From the NCBI RefSeq assembly GCF_036588685.1, contig NC_086379.1, positions 80,228,001-80,292,000 on the forward strand: DNA of 64,000 bases, in the 5' to 3' direction. This document shows, piece by piece, positions 28,801-41,486 of the stretch. The notes beneath the pieces are model-generated. The model saw nothing but the letters and a program-made list of their open reading frames with translations, was not told the origin of the DNA and ran no database searches. Source of the stretch: Mytilus trossulus (taxonomy: Eukaryota). Numbering within the stretch: position 1 is the stretch's first letter; each line of letters opens with the position of its first letter. Both the position numbers and the translations under genes were made by a program.

Positions 28801-29202
28801 ATGACGTTATTGTATAATACTATATATTTCAAAGCACGTGATCACCCTACTAAGTCAATCTGTGATACCCGTATCAAGTCTTTGAAACGTGAGCAGACAT
28901 TATAAGTGACGTCACAATATTTGAAGAGAAGGTACACGTGAAGTCCCAATGTGTTAGGAGATGCTATTAACTTACTCTTTTCAGTCGTTAACCTTTCTTA
29001 GAAAGGAGGTACACTTAGTAATAGAATGATGAATAGATAATAATATTTTTCTACGTAGAGGTCGTTTAATATCAGTGATCCGCGAAAACGTTCAAATTGT
29101 GGCTTGCGGTTAAAATCAATATGTAAGAAATAAAAAAAACTTGATAATCTATACGTAGACGCCAGTTTGATTTGTTACAATTTGGCTAAAAATCCTTGTA
29201 TA

Positions 29203-29667
29203 GGTGTAATACCACCATTGATTTTCCCCTATTAGTCTTTGTTAAATTTGCACTTTTCAAAAATTTGTGCAGAATTTATCTTTGTTTCAAATAAAGAAAT
29301 ACTTGGCATGAGTAAAGTTTTATCCTGATGTCCAGTTCTATAGAAAAACTTTCACATAACATTTCATTGCATATAAGAAAATAACCATCATTGGAAGTTA
29401 ACCAATCAAATTTCTCCCCTTATTCTATATGTGTTTAGGTTTAGTCATCATGTAACCGCAACATTACAAAATTTTCTATTGAAATCACAAATAAAAAATA
29501 ATGGTGTTTAGAAATACCCAAGACATATGTTTATGACACAGAAATAGTTTTACTGCAATAAAATGTAGGATTAATTATCTACAACGGTCAAATTCAAGGG
29601 AATATTTTTTAGACCTACTTTCGTATACAACCGGATGTGACATACCATGATTTGGTGGTATTACACC
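29203..29667. mobile_element. MITE, 465 bp, perfect 15-bp TIRs, TATA (or TA) TSD
   Basis: GGTGTAATACCACCA (29203-29217) and TGGTGGTATTACACC (29653-29667), flanked by tata at 29199-29202 and 29668-29671. Confidence 0.85.
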
Positions 29668-32007
29668 TATATGGCTGACACGATTTACGAGCATTTAACC
29701 CACTTCTCTGGCGTCACTGTACATTTTTTTAGATTAAGTTTTTTAAGAATGTTCTCACCATTGTGTTAACTATAATTAAACTTTAAGCTTAAGCTTTCAA
29801 GCTTTTAATCTCTAAAATCACAATTTTATGTATATGGTTAGAACGAAAGAGTGTTGTTTTCACTAATCATTGTAGTCTTCAGTATTCTTATGGTACCAAT
29901 CCACCACGATAGATGATATTATCTTTCTGATAACCCATTTTCAATGCGTTTTCCTTTGTCGAAACGCACCAATAAACTGTATAAGTGTCCGCTGTTGATT
30001 TTTTAAATATTTTTTTCAAATGTATGTTATGTTTTAGTTTTTGACATATCATTGTTTTTTTATTTGATGTTACTAGGATCATTAACAAAAGAAAGATTTG
30101 CGATGCATATTAAATCGTTCCAAATAATATGTTCCCCTAAATTAAAGGAACACGTTATCAAAAATGTGACAACTAGAAGTAACTTTCAAAATGAATCGAA
30201 CACTTTATTTACAAATATACAAAAACATTTATTCTAGATATCCTACTATCCTACTCGTACATGTATGAGATGTCATATGCAACTAATATTGCTCGTTGAT
30301 TTTTGTTTAACAATTCACTCGTTTACTCTTTTCAGTTTTTTTCTACATAAACTTTCATGACACATATATATACATGTCGTATTGCTTTGCTAGTCATAAT
30401 TAACGCGTCTTCTTCTACCTAACACTTCGTATTTAGTTACTCTGAAATCAGTGACCAATTTAAATGAAACTTTCTATTTAATAATACATCGCCCTTATTT
30501 TTGCAGGATCCCTCTGCCAAACTGAATTTTGTCATTTTCTGTAACTGTAGTCATCGTAAACTGCAGTTAAGATGTCTATCTTAGACTGTCATAGAAAAGT
30601 TTATCAAAAGCAGTAAAAAAGCAAATCCATCAAAGACTCTTCAAAAATCCATCTATATGGACAATATCTAATAACTCTATTTCATTTAAACATCGGTAAT
30701 GGAAAATACATGTTTGATGTTTTTCAATATATACATCAATATGTATCAATGGATCTAATTGAGGGGTGGAGGCAAACAGCATATGGTTTGTGAATTAAAA
30801 TAGAAAACATTAGCCTGTAGTCTATGTTTTACGTTTTACTATGTAAATCATATGTATATTACATCGGTTCTGTTACGTTTCATTAAACAAATGTGTATCT
30901 AGAATCCTCAAAAGATCTTGTTTCTAATTCATAATAATATCAATTATCTTGTGATTTACTCTAATGGTTAGTTTTCAAAATATTTCTAAACTAATGGCTG
31001 ATCAAAACGTCTGTTTAGTTTTGTATGCATATTTTTCTCCAATAATTTCAGTTTAGTTTATGTGTAGTAATTGACATGTACAAACACGCCCGCAGTTATA
31101 GTATACGTGGCACATTTGGGAACAACAATCAACATGTACTGATGATAAATATTCCATATCAACTTCACAAATAAAAAAAATATTGACAGATGTACCCCTA
31201 TTTTTTTTTGGAAACATTTTTACCTGTTATGTCTGTTCGCTTTGTTCACAAATCGTTTTCAATATAATGGAATTACAAGTGAGAGGTTTAGCTAGGTTAA
31301 TTCACGATTTCTACTTGGGAACATGCCTGTACCAAGTCAGGAATATGACAACTGTCTTACATTATTTAAACGTGTTTCAGCTTTTGCTTTTGCCATATGA
31401 TTAGAGACTTACCTTTCTGAATTTTCCTAGGGGTTCAGTATTTTTGTGATTTTTCTTTTTTTTATATACAAAATAGCATGCACATAATTGAATTACAATT
31501 AACAAACTATACTAGTAAGAAGATACCATGGAAGGGGTGGTGGTGGTGGAGGCAGATAGCATCATGCTATAAGGAAAAGGCTGAATTAAAATACAAATCA
31601 TAGTCTTATATATACTGGAGAAACTTAAGATCATAACAATATTACCTCAATAAAACCGAGGATTATAATTAACAGTATAATACTAAATAGGATGGAATAC
31701 CTGTTCCTACTATCTTATAAATGAAAGTGTAAATATTTGGTATAATAAAAACATGTACTCACATTGTGTATTCACTGAAGTGTCAACATTCTTTCCATTC
31801 TGGTAATTTCTTGCCAAGGTTCTGTAATTTTCACTAACCATTATACAGTTCTGTATTTATTTGGAATGCAATTTTTTAGATGTTCTGAAAAACAGAATTT
31901 TAATGTATTTTTGGTGATTTGTCTTCGGCATAATCTTCTAATATTCACCTCATTCATAGAGCATATATCATTATATTGCACTGGCACGGATTCGTATTTC
32001 ATTATAA

Positions 32008-32490
32008 TATAAAAAAAATAAGATGTGGTATGATTGTCAATGAGACAAGTGTCAACATAAGACCAAAATGACACAAACAATAACAACTATAGGTCACCGT
32101 AAGGCCTTCAACAATGAGCAAATATCATACCGCATAGTCAGCTATTAAAGGCCCCTATAAGAAAATGTAAATTGTTATCAAAAGTACTGGGATTATAACT
32201 TAGTACGCCATACGGGCGTTTCGTCTACATAAGACTCATCAGTGACGCTCATATCGAAATATTTATAAAGCCAAACAAGTATAAAATTGAAGAGCAATGA
32301 GAATCCAAAATTCCAAAAAGTTAAAACAATTCAAACGAGAAAACTAACGGCCTTATGTATGTAAACAAATTAACGAAATACAAATATGTAACACATAAAC
32401 AAACGACAACCCCTGAAATACAGGCTCCTGACTTGGGACAGGCAATAACATGAATAACGTGGCGGGGTTAAACATGTTAGCGGGATGTTA
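32008..32490. mobile_element. Family D repeat interrupted by an H1 hammerhead insert (32172-32322)
   Basis: ...gaaaatgtaaa|H1 insert|taaaacaattcaaacgag...; possible TAAA duplication. Confidence 0.8.
32205..32248 (-). ncRNA. Minimal type I hammerhead ribozyme (GUA cleavage triplet)
   Basis: GCGTCA-CTGATGA-GTCTtatgtAGAC-GAAA-CgcccG-TA-TGGCGT. Full core with stems I and II intact; loop III is no longer palindromic. Confidence 0.8.
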
Positions 32491-32814
32491 TGCATGTTTG
32501 ATATGTATTCTGATAGGAACAACATAAGTTACAGATTTAACTCAAGATAAAACATGTTTAACTTATACAAAACTTTCATTGTGAAAATTATTACTAAACT
32601 AAAAAAAGTGCTGGCTGTTACCCTGAACGGTTGGAAATTTAAATTACAATTTGTAATTCCAATGAATTACAGAAAATGCGTAATTCTGCGATACAAGCAG
32701 TTTTGTTTTTATGAATTAAATATTTTTGTACTTATACTTACTTACAACAATATTACTTGCGATAGTACGAAACTTACCCAATATATTGCGCTCAGTGGGA
32801 TATTTTATTTGTAG

Positions 32815-32882
32815 TGGTCAGAAGAGATATTTAACTTAAGAAACACTCTTGATCGATTGTCCGATTTTAATTTTAATGTCAG
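32815..32882 (+). other. Candidate 68-nt internal exon
   Basis: tattttatttgtAG|tggtca...atgtcAG|GTAAGT (perfect donor). Confidence 0.4.
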
Positions 32883-34309
32883 GTAAGTGCTTCTTCTTAC
32901 CACTTCTTGGTACGCATTGTTTAGTTTAGATTGACATTTTAACCTTTTTACTCGAAAGTGATAATATATTTAACACCTCTATATAAATTCTCTGTGTCTA
33001 GCAACTATACGCCTTCTTTTGCTGTCTCAGATTTTAAATGTTATCAGAAGAGCTATAAGTTTTGTTGAAATTTCTATAAAAGGATACGAAACCAGTAATT
33101 GATTCAATAAATTTTCGATCTTGTAGCATGATAAAAACATATTTCACAGCGTAGATTTAAAAGACCTCCAGTCTTTTTCAAATTATAGGATATTTATATG
33201 TTTTATAACATCTACTCAAAGAATAAATCGCAGTTCTAGTGTCTTCCAGAAGATCTGTGGGCATATTGCAATTAATACTTCCGATTTAAAACATAACCAT
33301 ATTAAACTAAAAAAATTAAAACCACTCCTATCGACACAAACATATTTCTTTTATCAAAAACATAAAAAAGATAATTAGAGTGTCTCTTAATAGTGAATAC
33401 AGCTAACTTTCATAAGGTCAGGTGAACAATTGTCCAAAACGAAAGTGAAAACCATCGGAATTATATGAAACCCACATCTGCTGCTTAAAAAGGTAACTAT
33501 TGATTATTTCATATTCATTGTTTTAAAATTTTACCAGAGTCACACCAAGCGTTCAGTATCAATGTCGGATTGTCAGTAGACATGTTAGATTGACATCAAT
33601 TGATGTATGTACTCTGCGACAAAGTCAAAATGTCACTAGTGACTTGACAAACTCGAGCATTGTAATGAAAAGATTGCAGACTATTTAATATCTTTTTGTT
33701 TTTTGCCATTTCACTGTCAGTTTGTCCTCGATTTATGTGTTTGAATATCCATTTTGGTATTTCCATTCTCACTTTATATTACCTAAGGAAATTGGCTGAA
33801 CAATTTTTATGATTTAACGTGTAATTCTAAAATAAAGAGATTACAGTGAGAATGAAAACAGGAAATGTGTCAACGAGACGACAACCCGACAAAAGAGCAG
33901 AAAACCGCCTGAGGAAACCAATGCAATGGGTCTTCAACTCGGCGAGAAATTGCCGAACCCGGAGAGTTGCTTAAAAAAAAAAAAATGTGAACTTTTTGAG
34001 TACGTTGTTAAGCATTTGAATATTCATCGCAAAACTTATCTTAATAGTTTGCAAATACTATTAGCTACGATTTCTAACTCTGCCATTAATTGAATCGTGT
34101 ACAAAGAAAAAGATACCACGTATACAATCACAAACCCAAAATGTTTTATTCTTCGTACTTGTGACAAAAAAAAGAGACGATATATTAAATATCAAAATAA
34201 TCAAAGAATTATTCAAAGTTAGAAAATAGTAACAGTTAGATTACTAATTATTGCTGTTCTAAATCGAACAATTTATAGATAATAGATACCTGCTGGTTTA
34301 CAATGTTGT

Positions 34310-34475
34310 ACACTAGAAGAGCGTTTCTTCTTTAAAAGACGGACGAGTTAAACAGTTGAGAGGCCAATGAAATACAAAGTTGAAGAGCATTGAGGACCAA
34401 AAATTTCGAAAAGTTTTGACAAAGACAAGTAAGGTAATCTATTCCGCGGGTAGAACATCCTTAATATTTCGAAAA
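34310..34475 (-). mobile_element. Degenerate H1 hammerhead-family copy
   Basis: aatacaaagttgaagagcattgaggacc...taaggtaatctattcc matches the H1 body. Confidence 0.65.
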
Positions 34476-34899
34476 AAAGAAGTTTAGTAAACAGTTTACC
34501 TACAATGACCATATTCAAACACAAAAGTGCAGACTACTTGACTATTTGACTACTTGTGGAAAACCCTCCACCAGCATGATACATGTAAAACAGTTTACTC
34601 TTTTCCTGTAACGCAACCGGACTTCTTTGTTTTGGTATTCATGCGTTTTCTAATGCTTTTGTTTGTTACTTTGATTTGTCATCCATTATTTTGAACATCG
34701 GTAAATTATATTTCCTCGACAACTCTGTATCTTATGTGAATAGTAGTTTTAGACTTTCGGTACAGTTTCGGATGACAAAATATTTTGGGAAAAATTATCC
34801 TGACAAAATATTATAAACGCATAGACATCAGATGCATGAAACTTATTAATATATATTTTATCAGAATTCAGAAAATCATGCCGTCTACAATGGTCACAT

Positions 34900-35460
34900 T
34901 TATGATTTTCAAGTGTTGCTTTTTGTTATCTATTAATCATGTTTTTCTTTGTATAATATGTTCTCCTATTTATTTGTATTGTAGTCCTGTAATATTATGT
35001 TGTCATCTCAATGTTATATTTAACTTTGCCATTAAAGTGCGAGGTTTGGCATGCCTCAAAACCAGGTTCAACCCACCACTTTTATTCCCCTTTAAAAGTG
35101 TCCTGTACCAAGTCAGGAAGATGGCCATTGTTATATTATTGTTCGTTTATGTGTGTGTTGTATTTTAACGTTGAGTCGTTTGTGTTTTCTCTTATTTTTG
35201 AGATATTGAGATAAGACGTGGCACGGTACTTGTCTATCCCAAATTCATGTATTTGGTTTTCATGTTATATTTGTTATTCTCGTGGTGTTTTGTCTGATGC
35301 TTGGTCCGTTTCTGTGTGTGTTACGTTTCGGTGTTATGTCGTTGTTCTCCTCTTATATTTAATTCGTTTCCCTCGGTTTTAGTTTGATACCCCGATTTTG
35401 TTTTTTGTCCATGGATTTATGGGTTTTGAACAGCGGTATACTACTGTTGCCTTTATTTAA
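34900..35460 (+). mobile_element. Family B repeat, near full length (~560 bp)
   Basis: Colinear with the reverse complement of 51316-51880; ends ctactgttgcctttattta. Confidence 0.88.
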
Positions 35461-38400
35461 TGGATCGATCATAATTTTCACTCAATCTTTTTCTGGTACT
35501 TTTTCTCAAACATTCGAAACAAAACATTAGAAATAACAAAAATTCCGAATTCAAAGAAAAATTCAAATCGGTAAATTTGTTAATCAAATGGCATAATCAA
35601 AAGCTAAAACACTTCGAACGAATGGCAAACAAACTGATTTCATCTTGACTTGGTACAGCGTTTCCTTATTTGGAAAATGGTGGTCGAAACCTGTGTTGAA
35701 GTTTCTTCAATAGATTATAATCAACGATGCTTAAAATGAAGTTATCACTCCTGTTCATCTGTACTTTTTACAAACATACTACTTCGGCTAGAAACAATGA
35801 TATATTACATCTCTCTCATGAGCCATGCTGATGTATCTTCACAAGTACGTAGTCATGTTGAAATGGTTTATTGATGATATATATGATCGGCAATGATATG
35901 CTTACAGATTGCATGATCATCTTATGGAAACAAGAAAACATATTAATTGAAGACGAATTACTTTTGATATTGTAACTTAATTGAACAAACTAATCAAAAT
36001 TTTATAATGACGTCCGGTCGTATTGCTACGGTACCAATACTATATATATATATAATTCTTGAGTTTATCAAATTCAAATATAAAAAATATTCTATGGTGT
36101 GCTAATATGATTTATTTTATACTTTTGCTAATGGTGAGACTGATTATGTTTAATTTTAAAAAATCAAAATTATTAATTCTAAAAATAGATGAATTGCTGG
36201 GCTTTTAAATGCTAGCAGTTCTTATACGATTGTCTTAAACCCTTTAATCCATACACATTATACAAAACAAGACAACACTATTAGGGAATCGAAAAAGATC
36301 GAGACTGTATACATCCATCGACATTATATGTCTCTCCTAGATTAACGATGTAATTTGTGTAACAATCAGTCAATTTTTAGATCTTTCAACTTTTTTTTTA
36401 TGTTTAATCGAAAATATGGGTGCGGAAAACCATGTTCAAATAAGGGTAACACTAAGACACGTCGTATTGGTCAAATACTCGTCGTTAATACTGACATCTT
36501 TTGTATTATCGATTTAAGTCGTTGCTTTTTTACCATAACCCTAGTGTAACAGTGGTTTTTTTTGTTAGAAGCGCATGACTTTTAATGAACGTCGAAGTTC
36601 GTATAAAATGACCTTGTCAATACCATCTGTATTTTCGGGAAATGAATGAAAAATCAACAAAAGTATCTAACAAACTTGTTGTTTGCTCTTTTTGATTATT
36701 GGTAGCTTGTCTTTGTGAAGGAAATATTATTTAATTCTATAACAGCGTCATTGGTAGAAAAGTTTGGTTTATTGATATCAACAAATCCACTTTGTCATAA
36801 CTTTGCTAGAACTAAGTTCAATGTCATTTATTGAAAATATTGACGCATTATATCAAAAGTACTCAATCATTTTATCGTGAGAAACATTAAACCATTGAGC
36901 TTTTTATCCTACACTGTAAAGGTCAAAGAGTAAAATTATTTGACTAACTGTACAGTATTGAATCCACTTTTGAAGGATTGTTGTGTACAAATATGAAAAT
37001 TGTCAGGTTTTGTTTGATATTGAACCTGGATATTGAATATATAATGAGGGACTGGTTTCGAATTTCTGGTCGCTGTCTATACCAACAAGGTTTTAACTGA
37101 TTTATTAAAGGTCATTCATACATTTGGGAGTTTAAAATAAGGGTTTCGTTTATATCTCAAACTTAAACTTTAAAAAAAAAAAATCAGCGAAAAAAAGAAA
37201 TCAAAATTTAATATTCCATATAGATTAATGTGCTTAGCTTATCTTCATTTTGCATACTATTGTGTTTAATAAATGCTCCATAAACAAATTTATGTCCAGC
37301 TAATTCAGAATATCGATCTTAAATATAATCTACTTATTTAAAACAGTCATTACTGTAAGAACTAAACAACTGGATAGCAACTTTTTAAACGTACCATTCG
37401 GATGTTACATCTTTATTAAGTTTTCAAACGAACAAAATGCGAACATAAACTATAGATTAGAAAGCAATACATTGTTATTTTTAAGCATAAATCATCAAAC
37501 TATTTTATCAGTAGGAATATTTGTTTGTATTATTTTGTAGAAAGGGAGGATGTATTGATTTGTGTTGTTTTACAAGCAATTATATGATTTGCGTTCTTCT
37601 TAACCCTAACAAGGCTATCTGTTAAGAAAATCACTGTATTTTACAGTCTTTATATGCTATTTGTTCACATCACTTTATACAAGTGACTAATTGGATATAA
37701 AATCAAATTTAACAACCTGTTTGAGCTTTTCTTGTAGGTTTACGATACAGCATATCCATCGACTTTATAATGTTTCATTTTACATGATTAAACAAAGTGA
37801 TCATGATAAAACGTTATTTTTACTTAAATAATAAATCAAGATGACATCACAAAATATTCCAATAAATATATGCATAAAAGGACTTTTACTATGATGCAAT
37901 AAAGTAAAAGCATTTTCAGATGAAAGTAATCATCCTTTTTAATGGTTTTGTTTACATCAATGAGTTGGAAAGAGTTGCGCAACGAGCACTTACGTATGTG
38001 ATAGCATGTCTATATGCTTGTGATACTATGAATAACTAAAAAACATGAATACCGGTTGTCTGCAGACAAAAACAAAATTCAATTTTTCTAACAAAGAAAA
38101 TGTAATACAGTACGTTTTCCTTTGATCTCTTAAATCTAGATTCATAGGATAACATAAGGATCATATTTGTAAATTATTTTGCCATGGCGTTGTCATTTGT
38201 TTTCAAATTATGAGTTTAATGTTCTTTTAGCATCTTTCACTTCTTTTTGATTACCTTGGTTTAAAAAAGCAATTGAAATTCTCTGCACTCATAGAATCAC
38301 TTAAGAGATAAAATACCTCCTCCTACCCTACAGCTTTGTACTTTTTGGTTTGAAGAGGGTATTTGCATCATAATACTTGGCTTTCGCCAAAATAATATCT

Positions 38401-38810
38401 TTTTTAAAAACTCGTTTAATTAAGTAGGAGCACATGCCATTGTCGCCCGATAGACGGAAACATTTTAAAACTTTTTTATAACAAATTTACATAAAAGAGG
38501 GACAAAAGATACCAGAGGGACAGTCAAACTCGTAAATCGAAAATAAACTGACAACGCCATGGCTGAAAATGAAAAAGATAAATAGACCAACAATAGTACA
38601 CATGACACAACATAGAAAACTAAAGAATAAAAACAACACGAGCCCCACCAAAAATTAGAGGTGATCTCAGGTGCTCCGGAAGGATAAGCAGATCCTGCTC
38701 CACATGTTGCACCCGTCGTCTTGCTTCTGCGTTTACAAATCCGGTAAATAGTCTTATTCAGTAGGTCACATTTATGAAAGGGAAGGGGATTGTAGGTGAG
38801 ACGTTATAAG

Positions 38811-41486
38811 CACTGGTGGTAAGCGGATGGTCGTAACTAAAAGTTACGACCATCTGGAGATGGGATTCAACTCTAGGGATAAGTTTTTCTTTTCCGATTT
38901 TCGTGCACTAAAAGGTTCATTTGAACAAAACCGCTTGTATCGTACATATTATTCGGCAGTCCGGTGATATTAAAACCAAATTTGATGCATTAAAACATTC
39001 CAATTTTCGTACAATAGTCAGTAAAAAATTCAAGCATGATGCTCGTAACTAAAAAAACAAAAATATTGAGGATGGTCGTAACGTAAATTTGTGATGGTCG
39101 TAACTCTTTTTTAAATAAGACCGAATAAGGCAAGTCAAGAGTTTTAAACGTGTCTTTTATCATATGCATACTAGTATTTTATATGATGTATTTCTGAAGA
39201 TTTTTTTTCATGTTTTACATACAATGTAAAATAAAGCAATGTCAATGCGTGTAACACTTATCAATTCAAATTTTAAAAGTTTTCAAATACTAGTTTTGGG
39301 GAATTTTCATTATTAAAAGTTCGATTTTAAAAATCCAAATTTTTCAAATGTCTTGAACCGAACCAGTCAAGCGTTCTAAACGTGTCTTTTGTTATATGAA
39401 TATATCATATATCATATTATGTTTGTTAAGTTGTTTTCACCAAATAATAAAAACTAAATGGAGAGAGGGATACCTGTAAAGGAAGAAAATTTGAACGAAT
39501 CGAACGAAACAATACAAAATGAAATGAACAGTCATATATTCTGAAAAAATAATGTATAAAATTAACAAAGAGGCAAATAGTTGAATTAATGTAAGCGGTT
39601 AAATTCATTAACAATGTAAATTTCTCAAAGTGGAGAATTCATTTTAAAACAAGAAACACAGCTCTGGTTATGATAATTCTTAGTTAGAAATAAAAAAAAA
39701 AAAAAAGTATCAAATAATTGTTTTAATTACAAAATAAATGAGTTTAAGAAAAGGCATTTTTAACAAATTGGACATCACATGAAATAACAGTATCCTGATT
39801 TTTTTCCGTTTGGAATTCGCATCTATTTGAAAACAAACTTTTTGAGGATGTACCTACTAGTTGATTTTTTTAAACCTCAATTTAAGAATGATACATTTAG
39901 TCGAAAGAGCATTAATAAGGAGTCAAAATAAGCTTAAAATATTGATAGGTTATGAAGGTCGTTATCGAGACTAGAGCATACCCGCGAATTCGTACCTGAG
40001 TTAAAGAACATACGCTTTATTATTAGCCTGGATGCTTAGACGTCTTATTGTTGTTTGGTGAAATCAAGCTGATAATCAGGTGCACAGTAATGTCCAATGA
40101 CGAAGTCCATGAGTAGCTTGTAGCCATTCATACAATGTAAACATATAACTTACACAAAATTTTCAACCTGCATACCGGGATTTGTATGTTGCAGTACATT
40201 TAGTTTGACCTAAGCCCTTGTAATATTATCCTGGCTACAAGCTTTAGCCTGGCTACAAACTAGTATTTTATTTTACTCTTAAATTCAGTGCATGTAGCAG
40301 TGTAAAATATATATCAACAATATTCCTACTTTCGAGGTTAACACAATGTTCATTGCGTGGATTCAGTTTTCATTGCATACTAATACTTAGAACTAATATC
40401 AATGCTATACAGCAATATATAATCATTATGTAATCGATAAAAAATAACGACAACACGTAATAAAATCCTGGGTTGAGTTCAATATCGTAGCGGCTACGTA
40501 GCTGCTACCAATATCTAAGTAACAACTAGTCTATAGCTACATGTTCAATCGTCAAAATCTACGTAGCACTACGTAGCAGCTACGATATTGAACTCAACCC
40601 TGGCTCAAAAGTGCTTTTGTGGATTCTATTTCCTCATGAACGACCAAAAGACGAATATTTGAAGGCCAATAGTTTATAAGACAATAACAATTTTAAGTCA
40701 AGGAGTAAACAAAGACTCAAAGACTCAAAGACTTATACGAACTGCAATAAATGATTTAAAGATGATTGTTCAGAATTGTACGTTTAATAATTTCATCTGC
40801 CGACATGATTGCAGATAAAAAAAAGTCGTAAATAAAAAACACTAAAAACAAATATTAGGGAATACACGTGCACTAATAATTTCATGCTTTAACGTACACT
40901 AAAAAATATATTACTTCTCAACCCTAACATACTTTTTGGCTTAATGCGAGTTGATTAGTTTTTACTGTTGCTCCTAAATGATGAGCGTTTGAAATCCATC
41001 AAAAATGTGTATGTTTAATAATTCTCTAGCTTAATTTCTGCATATCATTACCAGAGTAACAAATAATATTGTTTGTAGCAAATCATATATTACATCTGAG
41101 TCTATTACCTTTACAATTAAAGTACATTTATAAAAGTTTGTCTAAATACTCGAGTTACGGTCATATTCCAAAGTTACGACCATCTTGTGTCGGTTACGAC
41201 CATCATCCAAAATACTATAGTTGAAGTTACGACCATCACACATTTAAAGTTACGACCATCGTGCTTGAATTTTTGAATGACTATTGTACGAAAATTGGAA
41301 TGTTTAAATGCATCAAATTTGGTTTTAATATCACCGGACTGCCGAATAGTATGTACGAGACAAGCGATTTGGTTCAAATGAACCTTTTAGTGCACGAAAA
41401 TCGAAAAGAAAAACTTATCCCTAGAGTTAAATCCCATCTCCGCATGGTCGTAACTTAAAGTTACGACCATCCGCTTACCACCAGTG
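38811..41486. mobile_element. Non-autonomous DNA transposon, 2676 bp, ~240-bp TIRs, 6-bp TSD
   Basis: Ends CACTGGTGGTAAGCGG...CCGCTTACCACCAGTG. TIRs span 38811-39050 and 41247-41486. TATAAG occurs at 38805-38810 and 41487-41492. About 12 copies of gatggtcgtaact lie near the ends. No long ORF. Confidence 0.93.
40471..40599. mobile_element. Harbinger-like MITE (129 bp) with CTG TSD
   Basis: ~31-bp TIR ggttgagttcaatatcgtagc(g/t)gctacgtag. CTG at 40468-40470 and 40600-40602 within a CCWGG target. Confidence 0.8.

Noticed and set aside
34785-35214. 127-aa and 67-aa ORFs
   Set aside because: They lie in repeat family B, and the frames are not preserved in other copies.
38811-38850. RAG-like/Transib RSS terminus
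   Set aside because: Only the CAC start matches. The TSD is 6 bp rather than 5, and no nonamer or RAG-like ORF is visible.
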